A DNA stretch of 63,804 nt, filler included, from Octopus bimaculoides (GCF_001194135.2; 6 parts of 6 records of this genome joined end to end with filler, not necessarily neighbours in it); one strand, 5' to 3'; positions 1-11,082 are shown, numbered from the whole stretch's first letter. Numbers and translations are program-made. The notes: generated by a model from the letters alone, not told the origin.

Positions 1-140
1 CTGCTGAGTGAACTGGAGCAAAATGAAATAAAGTATCTTGCTCAAGAACACAACACAACATAACACAAAGCCTGGTCCAGGAATCGAACTCACTTTCTCA
101 TGATTGTGAGCCCGACGCTCTAACCACTGAGCCATGCGCC
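1..140 (-). mobile_element. tRNA-derived SINE, family A (head plus CORE-like block), cut by window edge
   Basis: Minus strand reads GGCGCATGGCTCAGTGGTTAGAGCG (A box)...GAGTTCGATTCC (B box), then TGTGTTCTTGAGCAAGATACTTTATTTCA; same as the copy at 15801. Confidence 0.85.
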
Positions 141-143
141 TTC

Positions 144-151
144 TCTCTTTG

Positions 152-187
<36 letters not shown>

Positions 188-376
188 CGTGCACGCGCGC
201 GTACATATATATATCGCATATGTATGTATGTATGTATGTATGTATATATATATATATATATATGCATGCGCACGTACATATATGCTGTATATATATATAT
301 ATATATATACGTGTGTGCGCGTACATATATACTGTATATGTGTATGTATATATAGATATATGTGTGTGTGTGTGCG
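144..376. repeat. Compound dinucleotide microsatellite (CT)n/(TA)n/(TG)n
   Basis: Directly visible; one example of dozens of such tracts in the window. Confidence 0.95.
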
Positions 377-469
377 TGTGTATGCCGATCTTATAATCAG
401 AGGTCATAAGTCAACCAATTAACGGAGTCGTTACTGCATCAGACATAATATTTTACGATAATCGTTGCG

Positions 470-575
470 AATCTCTGCGCCCAGGGTTTAAATCGCGCCG
501 GAGTCAGCTTTTGCCTTTATATCCTTTCAGAATCGATAAACAAAGTACCAGTTTTGCACTGCGCTCCATTGTCCT
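470..575 (+). mobile_element. Degenerate SINE family C fragment
   Basis: GGGTTTAAATCGCGCCGGAGTCAGCTTTTGCCTTTATATCCTTTCAGAATCGATAAACAAAGTACCAG resembles the copy at 7660-7852. Confidence 0.6.
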
Positions 576-989
576 CTTTCTGCCTGTTCGTGTGTCCCTG
601 TCTCTGGAAAATATTCTGCTGTGATCAGACATGCTCATGGATGGCTACCACCAACTCCTACAGCAACAATAACACTAACAAAGTCGGTGTATTTAAAAAA
701 AAGTTGCAGTGAGAGACAGGAGGAGGAGAGAGAGAGAGAGGAGGGGGAGTTTACTCCCTTGTTGCCAAAATCTGCATTTAGACAGAATTATGTCCCTTGG
801 GTTATTATCACTGTAACGCGTGCGCGCGAACATGAAAGGCTGGAGCATCCTCCGTCTGAGTCGACGATGACTATATTAGTTGTGTGCTCATCTTAACCAC
901 CTTCACGTTATATTACAGTCGTGTGGCTGAGTATTCCTTGAATTTAATCTACAGAACTATATATATATATATATGTGTATATATATATA

Positions 990-1133
990 CAGCACGGAAT
1001 TTTGTTAGTGAACAGGTCACGGTCTCAAAGCGACGAAAATATTTTGGCATATTAAATTTAAATGTTGAAGTGAATCAAACGGATTTTGTATGTTTCTTAA
1101 ATGGCTTATAAACACCTTCTACACTGCAATTGT
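990..1133 (+). mobile_element. Solo fragment of hammerhead-bearing repeat (putative Penelope-like pLTR) inserted in (TA)n
   Basis: Similar along its length to the right arm of the palindrome at 58560-58702; flanked by (TA)n on both sides. Confidence 0.7.
1003..1049 (+). ncRNA. Degenerate type I minimal hammerhead-like motif (G3-C8 core variant)
   Basis: GTGAACA core, extra G, GTCAC/GCGAC stem II, GAA, palindromic AATATT stem III, U17, weak stem I TGTTA/TGGCA. Confidence 0.5.
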
Positions 1134-1177
1134 GTTTGCATATATATATATATATATATATGCATGTATATATATAT

Positions 1178-1322
1178 CATCATCATCATCATCATCATCG
1201 TTTAACGTCCGCTTTCCATGCTAGCATGGGTTGGACGATTTGACTGAGGACTGGTGAAACCGGATGGCAACACCAGGCTCCAGTCTGATTTGGCAGAGTT
1301 TCTACAGCTGGATGCCCTTCCT
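1178..1322 (-). mobile_element. 3' terminus of RTE-clade LINE (or derived SINE) with (GAT)n tail, cut by gap
   Basis: Reverse complement of the tail at 13450-13579 (GGAAGGGCATCCAGCTGTAGAAAC...GGACGTTAAACGATGATGAT). Confidence 0.85.
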
Positions 1323-1740
1323 NNNNNNNNNNNNNNNNNNNNNNNNNNNNNNNNNNNNNNNNNNNNNNNNNNNNNNNNNNNNNNNNNNNNNNNNNNNNNN
1401 NNNNNNNNNNNNNNNNNNNNNNNNNNNNNNNNNNNNNNNNNNNNNNNNNNNNNNNNNNNNNNNNNNNNNNNNNNNNNNNNNNNNNNNNNNNNNNNNNNNN
1501 NNNNNNNNNNNNNNNNNNNNNNNNNNNNNNNNNNNNNNNNNNNNNNNNNNNNNNNNNNNNNNNNNNNNNNNNNNNNNNNNNNNNNNNNNNNNNNNNNNNN
1601 NNNNNNNNNNNNNNNNNNNNNNNNNNNNNNNNNNNNNNNNNNNNNNNNNNNNNNNNNNNNNNNNNNNNNNNNNNNNNNNNNNNNNNNNNNNNNNNNNNNN
1701 NNNNNNNNNNNNNNNNNNNNNNNNNNNNNNNNNNNNNNNN

Positions 1741-1774
<34 letters not shown>

Positions 1775-2093
1775 AACAAAAATGCAATAGAGGGCATTAA
1801 AACGTTTGGACAGGTAGACGACATAAAGGCGGACAAGAGAAACAATTAGAAGGACAGGTGAAAAAGACAGGGCATTCTTGGTTTTCTTTCATCAATCAAG
1901 TACCAGAAGTCACGACCATTTATATATATATAGGGGGAAAGTAAGCAGAAAAATAAGCAAAAATGCACATTGGAAATCAAAAAGAAGGTAAGGCTTTTTA
2001 TGAAAAGTAACAATATATATATATACAATTAGATGAACTGAGGTAGGAATAAAGGTAGTAAAAGTCATTATTGTGAATTGTTAAAGAGATTCA

Positions 2094-2132
2094 AAAGCAT
2101 ACCGGTTTCGTAATATTACCAATCATTGCTCT
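2094..2132 (-). ncRNA. Mirror copy of the hammerhead motif, with A9G change
   Basis: Minus strand AGAGCA-ATGATTG-GTAATATTAC-GAAACCGGTA-TGCTTT. Confidence 0.55.
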
Positions 2133-2148
2133 GAATGCACACCGAATC

Positions 2149-2187
2149 AGAGCAATGATTAGTAATATTACGAAACCGGTATGCTTT
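2149..2187 (+). ncRNA. Type I minimal hammerhead ribozyme motif (A3-U8 core variant)
   Basis: Stem I AGAGCA/TGCTTT; core ATGATTA (2155-2161); stem II GTAA-TA-TTAC; GAA; palindromic stem III ACCGGT; cleavage triplet GTA (2179-2181). Confidence 0.7.
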
Positions 2188-2493
2188 TGAATCTCTTTAA
2201 CATCTCACAACAATGACTTTTATTCCTACCTCAGTTCATCTAATTGTATATATCTATCGTTACTCTTCATAAAAAGCCTTACCTTCTTTTTGATTTCCAA
2301 TGTGCATTTTCGTTTATTTTTCTGCTTACGTTCCCCTTACATTTCCACGTGTAGTTTCTATTGTTTTTGTAACATATTTCTATTATATCTATCTATATAT
2401 ATATATATAACAGAAGAAAAAGAAAATAGAGATTGGGAATTTAATAATTATTTATTGTTAACAGCAAATTAATCATCATCCCTTACAGCCCAT

Positions 2494-2776
2494 GGGCATA
2501 TGGCGTAGTGGTTAAGAGCACAGGCTACTAACCCCAAGATTCCGACTTTATTTCTTGTTGCACCAGTCCACTCAGCCGGCAAAAACGAGTTGTACCTGTA
2601 ATTACAAAGGGACCAACCGTGTCACATTCTGTGTCGCGCTGAATCTCTTTGGGAACTACGTTAAGGGTACACGTGTCTGTGGAGTGCTCAGCCACTTGCA
2701 CATTAATTTAACAAGCAGGCTGTTCCGTCAATCGGATCAACTGGAACCCCCATTGTCATAACCGACAAAGTGCCAA
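2494..2776 (+). mobile_element. SINE family A with partly deleted tRNA head, antisense in the ZNF 3' region
   Basis: GGGCATATGGCGTAGTGGTTAAGAGC head, CCAGTCCACTCAGC core, tail GTGCTCAGCCACTTGCAC...GGATCAACTGGAACC shared with 5051-5432. Confidence 0.85.
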
Positions 2777-2817
2777 TAAATATTACTTTCCTTGAATGAT
2801 TTTTGATGTTCATAGAA

Positions 2818-3669
2818 TTAATCTTTTGCCTGAATACATTCATGTGTAGTTAACTGACGTTTCCGAGAGAATGCTTTCCCACAGATATCACAGTGATACC
2901 GCTTGTCCTTCATATGAATACGTTTGTGAGCAGTTAAACTACTTCTTTGAGCAAATGACTTACCGCAGATATCACAGTGAAATGGTTTCTCTCCTGTATG
3001 AATACGTTTGTGGTTAGATAAATCCCCACTCCGGGAGAATAGCTTACCACAGATATCACAGTCATATGGCTTTTCTCCTGTATGGATGTGTTTGTGGATA
3101 GCCAAGACACTATTTCGCGAGAACGATTTACCGCAGATATCACAGTGATATACCTTCTGTCCTGTATGAATATAATTGTGAACAGTTAAGTTACTTCTTA
3201 AAGAGAATGATTTACCACAAACATTACAATGGTATGGCTTCTCTCCTGTATGAACATGCCTGTGACTACTTAAGCTAACTACATGGGAGAATAATTTACC
3301 ACAGATATCACAGTGATATGGTTTCTCTCCTGTGTGAGTACGCTTGTGAGTAGTTAAGTTACCTGTAAGAGAGAATGATTTACCACAGATATCACAGTGA
3401 TATGGTTTTTCCCCTGTATGAATACGTTTATGTGTTGTTAAGTCACTGCTTCCAGCAAAGGATTTTCCACAGATATCACACTGATATGGTTTCTCTCCTG
3501 TATGAATGCGTTTGTGAATAGTTAGGTTACCTTTCTGGGAGAATGACTTTTTACAGATTTCGCAGTGGTACATAGCTTTTCCATTGTTTTTCAGCAGCTT
3601 GTTGGAATAATCAATCCTCTTGGAGGGTGCTCTGAATCCAACCTGGTCCTCATGTAATTCATTTTCCAT
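2818..3669 (-). CDS. Tandem C2H2 zinc-finger protein (283 aa from first ATG): 8 intact fingers plus a 9th lacking the last His; no KRAB/SCAN domain
   Basis: Repeated CxxC...HxxxH units with TGEKP linkers (e.g. YHCDICGKSFSLTGNLTTHKRTHTGEKP). First in-frame ATG at 3667-3669; in-frame TGA at 3730-3732 closes the frame upstream. Confidence 0.95.
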   Translation of the reverse strand: MENELHEDQVGFRAPSKRIDYSNKLLKNNGKAMYHCEICKKSFSQKGNLTIHKRIHTGEKPYQCDICGKSFAGSSDLTTHKRIHTGEKPYHCDICGKSFSLTGNLTTHKRTHTGEKPYHCDICGKLFSHVVSLSSHRHVHTGEKPYHCNVCGKSFSLRSNLTVHNYIHTGQKVYHCDICGKSFSRNSVLAIHKHIHTGEKPYDCDICGKLFSRSGDLSNHKRIHTGEKPFHCDICGKSFAQRSSLTAHKRIHMKDKRYHCDICGKAFSRKRQLTTHECIQAKD

Positions 3670-4056
3670 TTTTTCTACTTCTTCTTCTTCTTCCACCTCA
3701 ACACAAGTTTCGCTTTTCGTTTTTATATTTCATTCCTGACAAATATTCCTGTTGCTTTTAATTCTAGCAACTGTGACATTTTTGTTTTTTAATATCTACA
3801 GATGACGTAAAGTTCATTGAATATGATTACAATGGAAAAACCATTTTGTACACATCACAAACAATCAAGGAGAAGAATGTTGCAATTAATCTCACTGGGG
3901 AAATATTTCAATATTTCATGGTAATTCTACCAAAGACTTACATAAACAGGTTTACATCTATTTTGTATAATACCATCCTTTAGTAATCAAAACGTAATAA
4001 ACATTGATGATGCTTTGTATGTAAAAAATTCTTCAATGTCTCTGACTTCCAAAATT

Positions 4057-4080
4057 CTGAAAAAAAAAAAAAAAAGAAAC
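4057..4080 (-). other. Putative 3' splice acceptor opening the ZNF-containing terminal exon
   Basis: Minus strand GTTTC(T)nCAG|AATTTTGG; exon would start at 4056. Confidence 0.55.
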
Positions 4081-4220
4081 AGTATAAGATATAGTAGAAG
4101 TTCTGAATTTGAAATTTTAATATATTTCTGGGTAGAATTTTGTTTTACACATGATATGTAAACTTTCATAGCTTTTTTCAATTTTTTGGAATTTTCTGGA
4201 AATTTTTGTGAATTTGTGTT

Positions 4221-4418
4221 CGCCTGTGCTGGTGCCACATAAAAAAAGCACTCGACCCACTCTGCAGGGTGATTGGGGTTAGGAAGGACATCCAGCCATG
4301 CCAAAAAAGACACAGAAGTCTGGTGCAGCCCTCTGTCAGGTTGGCTCCTGTCAAACCATCCACATCAATGCCAGCATGGAAGGCAGACATTAAATGATGA
4401 TGGTGGTGGTGATGATGA
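4221..4418 (+). mobile_element. Older RTE-type 3' tail with (GAT/GGT)n end
   Basis: GGGGTTAGGAAGGACATCCAGC...GCCAGCATGGAAGGCAGACATTAAATGATGATG, a diverged version of 13430-13579. Confidence 0.7.
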
Positions 4419-5050
4419 GGACACTGGAATTCATATGACTATGCAAAAAAAAAAAAAAACTTGTTTAATTTTTTGAAATTTAAAAAATTAAAAAAAAAAT
4501 TTTTTTGTAGCTTTTACATAAATCCCAGCAATAGACCTGTAGTGGATCATGCAGGCATGGCGTGGATTCGATCCTTGATAGCCAAACTTCACTTAACAGC
4601 TCAACAACACTTTTCTCACGGTAAAACAATAGTTTTTCTCTGAGTGACAGCAGTTACATTTGCCAGACAACTTCCTTAAAAAAAATAATGGCTTTGCCAC
4701 TTGACCCTTCTAACCTCTTCTAGGCTATCAAAAAACTAGAATAGAGATAACAGACATCCAACGAAATCCATTGTTCTCAACAATATGTCTCTCCTTCTAA
4801 CTACTTTGGATAATTATAAATACTAAAACATCGTAGGAAAAAGTGAGTTGGCAAAAAAGAGATGACACAGAAATGGTCACAGGCAGAATCCAGTTAGAAT
4901 GTCAACTATGATACAGGGTCTTACCATAACACCACTGCTGTTTAAATATCAGGCACAATGAAGGTATCATTTTATCGATTCCTTACACTTAACATTCATT
5001 CCATCTTCCTCTAATTCCTAGTTAAGGCGGCTAGCAGTTGACCAAACATA

Positions 5051-5432
5051 TGTTGGCACTCCGTCGCTTACGACGTAGAGGGTTCCAGTTGATCTGATCA
5101 ACGGAACAGCCTGCTCGTGAAATTAACGTGCAAGTGGCTGAGCACTCCACAGACAAGTGTACCCTTAACGTAGTTCTCGGGGATATTCGGCGTGACACAG
5201 TGTGACAAGGCTGACCCTTTGAATTACAGGCACTCCAGAAACAGGAAGTAAGAGTGAGAGAAAGTTGTGGTGGAAGAGTACAGCAGTGTTCGCCACCATC
5301 CCCTGCCGGAGCCTCGTGGAGCTTTAGGTGTTTTTTCGCTCAATAAACACTCACAACGCCCGGTCTGGGAATCGAAACCGCGATCCTATGATCGCGAGAC
5401 CTCTGCTCCAACCACTGAGCCATTGCGCCTCC
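5051..5432 (-). mobile_element. Full-length SINE, family A variant with alternative central block
   Basis: Minus strand GGAGGCGCAATGGCTCAGTGG...GGTTTCGATTCCCAGACCGGGCGTTGTGAGTG..., tail ...GACGGAGTGCCAACA; matches 26361-26670. Confidence 0.9.
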
Positions 5433-5601
5433 ACTATTTTATATAAACAGCAACAATATACAAGAAAAGATAACTCTATGATACCCACACCTGCCCGTCG
5501 AGGGCATTATACAAAGTAACGGTAAATAAATGATTCTTTACAACTTCGATCGCTGTTCTTCTTCCGTCTTGCATACTGGCAACCAAAACACCTAAACAAC
5601 A

Positions 5602-5700
5602 ACTGTTACAATTGGTGACCACCGATTCCACCTTAACAACGACTGTTACAATTGGTGACCACCGATTCCACCTTAACAATACCGTTACAAATTGGTGACC
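5602..5700. repeat. 40-bp tandem repeat, 2.5 copies
   Basis: ACTGTTACAATTGGTGACCACCGATTCCACCTTAACAACG at 5602 and 5642, partial at 5681. Confidence 0.9.
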
Positions 5701-5754
5701 CTCGACTGCAACGAAGAACTGACCGTTACAGACCTTTAAATGTATTTGTGGGGA

Positions 5755-5985
5755 GAAAGATATTGAAAAGCATCAATACGTCAGTGACAAACAAACGAGG
5801 AGGGGATGAGATGGTCGTCAGATGTGCTAAAAATAACAGCTAAATAGCCCTTTAAATAACGGGGAAAAACATTTTGTTTTTTGGGGTTTTTGCAAAATAA
5901 TCGTATGTAGAACACAAATTCGCAAAGATTATCTGAAAATACCATAATATAAACGAGTTATGAGGGGTTATGTGGGGTGCATGTA
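5755..5985 (+). repeat. Diverged interspersed repeat, inverted partner of 7325-7562
   Basis: AGTGACAAACAAAC...GATGTGCTAAAAATAACAGCT...ATAATCGTATG...ACAAATTC...CTGAAAAT is colinear with the reverse complement of 7325-7562. Confidence 0.65.
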
Positions 5986-6566
5986 GTCTTTATATGGTTT
6001 ATATTGATAAACGGACATAAAGTTAGCTCTAATACACCAAACTGGTAAATAAATAGTTTACGAGTGAATAAATAAATGGATTAAACTGACCAGAAGTAAC
6101 GAAGTGACATCCGATAATTTCACGAAGAGAACATGAAGGAGACTGATGTCCTTTACTTTGAAAGATGTTTGAATTTAAATAATGAACAGTTTCACAATAA
6201 TTTCTATAATTTTACCTGGTAAAATGCTGATATTTTCTCACAAATATTTTGGCTAAGATATGTATGTATATACATATATATATATATATATATATAAACA
6301 GTTGCTTGGTTAAAGAGATCGATAAGTTGAATTAAATCTCACCAAATCAATTAGATGAAACAACTGCGACTGAAAGCCGGTCCCACCCAAAATGTGTCTC
6401 TTCTGTATAAAAAAAATTGATGGTAACGCAACGAGCGATCGCCAAACTAATTAATTAACAAAATAATTAAAAAATAACTGACCACAACCATCTAATCTCA
6501 GAGAGACAAGTTGAACGTAAAAAAGACAATTGAAAATCGAAAGTCTAATATTAATGGTTTTAAATT

Positions 6567-6763
6567 TTGGCACAAGGCCAACAAGTTCCGGGGGTGAGGC
6601 TGAGTCGATGAACTCGACCCCAGTGTTCTAGTGGTACTCATTTTATCGACCCTGAATTTGAACTCAGAACCCGGCGGAATTTGAACTCAGAATATAAAGA
6701 CGGACTAAATGCCGCTAAGTATTTCCGTCAGGCGTGCTAACGGTTCCACCAGCTCGCAGCCTT
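6567..6763 (-). mobile_element. SINE family C
   Basis: Minus strand AAGGCTGCGAGCTGGTGGAACCGTTAGCACGCC...TTCTGAGTTCAAATTCC...GATAAAATGAGTACC; small internal duplication of GAATTTGAACTCAGAA. Confidence 0.8.
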
Positions 6764-6789
6764 ACCAAAGTCAAATATTAATGGACGGT

Positions 6790-7087
6790 CGCTGGCGTGG
6801 TTGAGTGGTCAAGGAATTTGGTGAGTGTCTTCTGTTATGACACCAGGCTGACCAAAACCTTGTGAGGGAACTTCGTAAACGGAAACTAAAAGAAGCCCGT
6901 GGTGTATAATATGTGTATGTGTGACGACCGTTTGACACCCGATTTTGATTTGCTTACGTTCAGGTAACTTAGCGGTTCGGCGAAAATAGAGAGGGGCCAA
7001 TAAATTAAGTACTAGGCTTAAAAGAAAGAAAAACCAATGCAATGCTCCAGGATGATCGCAGTCTAAAGACTGCAAGCAAGTAAGAGA

Positions 7088-7090
<3 letters not shown>
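6790..7090 (+). mobile_element. Degenerate SINE family B with poly(A) end
   Basis: CCTTGTGAG...GGAAACTAAAAGAAGCCCGT...GTAACTTAGCGGTTCGGC...TAAGTACTAGGCTTA. Confidence 0.7.
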
Positions 7091-7120
<30 letters not shown>

Positions 7121-7324
7121 AAAAATAACATTTTCGTTGCTGAAGAACTCCCAGGAACTCGTACCGAAAGATCGCCCTCCCAGGTTTATCAATCTCCCTT
7201 CCTCAAAAGCACATCAAAAATAAAGAATCTACATTTTTTAAACTAACGGACAGTAATAGATACGATCCGGCTTTTATACTTACTGAAATGGTTAATGACG
7301 AAAATTGGGCGTGATTCTGCTTAT

Positions 7325-7562
7325 CGTACCCCATATAACTCCTCGTAACTTTTCTATTTTTCAGGATTTTCAGAAAATTTTTAGGAATTTGTATTCGGTA
7401 CACGTGAGTTCATACGATTATGCGAAAACCGAAAGAAAAAAACATCTTTGTGCGTCATTTAAGGCGTATTAAGCTGTTGTTTTTAGCACATCCCATGACC
7501 ACCTCATACTGTCCTTGTTTGTTTGTCACTCTGGTCTATTGATATTTTTCAGTATCTTTATC
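7325..7562 (-). repeat. Diverged interspersed repeat, inverted partner of 5755-5985
   Basis: See 5755-5985. Confidence 0.65.
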
Positions 7563-7659
7563 CCTATAAACATATTTAACCCTTTAGCATTCGGGTTAGC
7601 CTGTCGAATACATGGTTTATTTATTTACATTGTGTTGAATTGATCATGCAATACCTCAT

Positions 7660-7852
7660 GGCTGAAACGTCAGCACGCCGGGCGGTATTTCGTCTGTCTT
7701 TACGTTCTGAGTTCAAATCCCGCCGAGGTCGACTTTGCCTTTCATTCTTTCGGGGTCGATAAATTAAGTACCGGTTACGCACTGGGGTCGATCTAATCGA
7801 CTGGTCCCCTCCCCCAAAATTTCGGACCTTGTGCCTAGAGTAGTAAAAGAAT
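7660..7852 (+). mobile_element. SINE family C
   Basis: GTATTTCGTCTGTCTTTACGTTCTGAGTTCAAATCCCGCCGAGGTCGACTTTGCCTTTCATTCTTTCGGGGTCGATAAATTAAGTACC...CCTTGTGCCTAGAGTAG. Confidence 0.85.
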
Positions 7853-7877
7853 ATCTCCTAATTTAAAGAAACTCTGA

Positions 7878-8035
7878 GTGAGTGGCTGTGTGGTAAGTAG
7901 TTTGCTTACGAACCGCATGGTTCCGGGTTCAGTCCCACTGCGTGGCATCCAGGGTGAGTGCCTTCTACCATAGCCTCGGGCCGACCAAAACCTTGTGAGT
8001 GGATTTGGTAGACGGAAACTGAAAGAAGCCCGTCG

Positions 8036-8096
<61 letters not shown>

Positions 8097-8260
8097 TTGT
8101 GTGTCTGTGTTTGTCCCCCCCCCAACATCGCTTGACAACCGATGCTGGTGTGTTTACGTCCCCGTAACTTAGCGGTTCGGCAAGTCCTGGGGTCAATTTG
8201 CTCGACTAAAGGCGGTGCTCCAGCATGGCCACAGTCAAATGACTGAAACAAGTAAAAGAG
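7878..8260 (+). mobile_element. SINE family B (tRNA head, CORE-like block, internal microsatellite, LINE-like tail)
   Basis: TGGCTGTGTGGTAAG (A box), GGGTTCAGTCCC (B box), internal (TA)(TG), tail GGCGGTGCTCCAGCATGGCCACAGTCAAATGACTGAAACAAGTAAAAGA. Confidence 0.9.
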
Positions 8261-8291
<31 letters not shown>

Positions 8292-8596
8292 GCACGTACA
8301 CATATGGACATGTACTAGCGCACGCACCTGTTCACTAACCTCATCATTATAAATACAATAAATAAAAGAATAAACGAATGAAAGAATGAACGACTAGTTT
8401 AACAGAATTAAGATTCAGGCACGGTGTTGCGAAACAAAAAACCTCCGTGTAAAATAAATCCCCCCTATAATCGGTGCTCGCCCAGAGTATATTTTCTACT
8501 TTAGTTAGCATTATATCTTTCACTGGATAATTACGATGTTGTTACCGTTGCTGCAATTATCTTGACAGGTCAGTCTCGAGCCTCTGTGGGAATAAC

Positions 8597-8637
<41 letters not shown>

Positions 8638-9030
8638 ACAATATATATGAAACAATTTATATAACGCTCACACATATATATATATATATATAGTGTGTAT
8701 ATTCATGTATGTATATGTCTGTATGTTCCCACGGAGACTACCCACCACCATAATAGCTGTTTCTTTCATCTCTTTGTATATTCGAACACATGCTCATTCT
8801 ATCAAACCCAGGTTTCCATTCATAGTATTCTAAACCCCGCCTCCTGGGGTAAATTAATGCGCTGGGCCCCACCTTGCATTTATTAATTGTCAGCAAATCA
8901 CACAAGCATACGGAGATCTGCAGAAAGCTCTTAGACTTGCGCCCACCCATTTCTGCACACGTTTGGTCCTTAGGGATAACTGGCCAGTGTGTCCATTCTT
9001 TAAGACATCCCTATATATATATATAATATA

Positions 9031-9096
<66 letters not shown>

Positions 9097-9144
9097 TTGG
9101 GCGGCGGTAAAGAATACGTACACCACCTGTTTTCGGCGTTACAA

Positions 9145-9174
9145 AACCCTAACATCTAACCCTAAACCCTAACC
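9145..9174. repeat. Imperfect (TAACCC)-like repeats
   Basis: AACCCTAACATCTAACCCTAAACCCTAACC. Confidence 0.6.
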
Positions 9175-9465
9175 ACTGGGTGAACGTAGTCTTTACTTTC
9201 TCCAATGTTTGTATACACGCTCACACACTCACACACGTTGTGTGTTTCGTTTAGTTTCTGTGTATCTTACAGAAGAAATAAAGAAATTTTCGTCGTGTCT
9301 TTTGGGGCTTAATTTCTTCATCTTGAACGTCCAAATACAGAATGTATACACTTGTGCGTTCACGCACATACACGATCACCTGTTTACGCGCATATCTATC
9401 TATCTATCTATCTATCTATGCACCCATCCTTCTATCTATCTATCTATCTATCCATCCATCCATCC

Positions 9466-9499
<34 letters not shown>

Positions 9500-10016
9500 G
9501 CTAGAGAGAGCCGAAGGGTTCCTGGCTGTGGGTAAAAGAAAATACAGGAGGATCAGTTAACTATGATTTTATTCCACATATTCCCCTCTCAGATATTCTC
9601 ACACTTATTGTACCCTTTTAAGCCCTGTAAAAAGGACTCGGCAAACCAGGTCCATCGCGACACCCTTAAAACCAGGAACTTTTCTACAACATCTCGTATA
9701 TATATATATATATATATAGGACGGTAGTGTTGTTCTTGTGTTTAATGTTCCTTTAACAATTATTATGCATTCCGTGTGTTGAGCTGGTTTGATCGGTGGT
9801 TATGAGGTTAGGAAGGGAACAAAGATAGTTTTTTCGGAGGTTTTGTTCCTAAAAACAGGGGAGGAGGAGAGAAGATTGAAAAAACATACAAGACAAGACG
9901 AGAAATAAAAATAGCAATAACAAACACGCAAAGAAAACGAACAAAACAACCCAAAATTACAGCATTATTGATCGTGGGCCACGAGATCTGAGCAATATAG
10001 ACATTAATACATCGAT

Positions 10017-10057
<41 letters not shown>

Positions 10058-10170
10058 TAAACACGTATATATATGTAAACATACATATATACCAACACAC
10101 TTTAGTTTCTGTTAAGAACCAAAGTCCATAAGTAACACACACACGTGTGTGTGTATGTATGTGTAGGATG

Positions 10171-10205
<35 letters not shown>

Positions 10206-10564
10206 ATATAGATATGTGTGTGTGTGTGTCAAAGGGGCGGGTATTGTCTTCTGCAAAATATTTCTGTTTTTCTTTTCACGTCTGAGATGTTTCATTGAAA
10301 ATATTCTATCGACCCCCGGAAAAACGAAAAGCAAAACTGTCCCCACATCTTACCCCTTGAAATATTAAAAAAAAAAAAAAAAAGATGATTTATATATTTT
10401 ATTTCTTTTGGGTTTAAAGTCAGGGGTCAACTCTCGTGATTCCGTTAAGATGTCTGTCGACTGATAGAAGGCCGGTGGGCGGAAACCGATTTAGTTTTCT
10501 TCGTTCTTTTACTAGTTTCCTTCATCGGAGCGCGGCCATGCTGGAGCGCTGCCCTTTATTCTTG

Positions 10565-10768
10565 TATTTTACTTGTTTGTCATTTGACAGCGGCCATGCT
10601 GGAGCACCGCCTTTAGTTCAGCAAATCGATCCCAGGGCTTATTCTTTGTAAGCCTAGTACTTATTCTATCGGTCCATTGTGCCAAACCACTAAGTTATGG
10701 GGATGTAAACACACCGACATCGGTTGTTAAGCGATGGGGATAACATAGACACACACACACACATATAG

Positions 10769-10823
<55 letters not shown>

Positions 10824-10980
10824 TACGATGGGCTTCTTTCAGTTTCCGTTTACCAAATCCACTCACAAGAGTTTGGACGGCCCATGGCTATTGTAGAAAA
10901 CACTTACCCAAGGGGCCAAGTGCTAAGCAGTAGGATTGAACCTATGACCACATGGTTGTAAAGCAAGCTTCTTAACCACA
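10565..10980 (-). mobile_element. SINE family B, near full length
   Basis: Reverse complement of 7878-8260 including tail, (TA)n insert and head. Confidence 0.9.
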
Positions 10981-11040
10981 GAGTTTGGAGACTTGGGTTA
11001 AACTGCCAAATTCCTGCAAAATAAACTGGCATTGCTTAAC

Positions 11041-11082
11041 GGCGGTGATCCAACATGGCTGCAGCTCTTGAGCTGAGACTAG
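11041..11082 (+). mobile_element. Short LINE-type 3' tail fragment
   Basis: GGCGGTGATCCAACATGGCTGCAGCTCTTGAGCTGAGACT matches the tail at 15633-15670. Confidence 0.6.

Larger units (their letters stand above)
1933..2337. mobile_element. Fold-back element: ~200-bp inverted arms, 12-nt loop (2135-2146), TA flanks
   Basis: 1933-2134 is a near-perfect reverse complement of 2147-2337 (e.g. TTAAAGAGATTCAAAAGCATACCGGTTTCGTAATATTAC vs GTAATATTACGAAACCGGTATGCTTTTGAATCTCTTTAA). Confidence 0.9.

Noticed and set aside
3670-3696. GTG start giving the 292-aa ZNF ORF
   Set aside because: A prokaryote-style start call; the first ATG is at 3669 and a stop lies at 3730-32.
5602-5700. CRISPR-like appearance of the 40-bp, 21-bp (53597) and 16-bp (29946) arrays
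   Set aside because: Head-to-tail tandem repeats without unique spacers, no cas genes, eukaryotic context.
10461-10495. Hammerhead-like CTGATAGA...GCC/GGC...GAAACCGATT
   Set aside because: The core has an insertion and stem I does not form.
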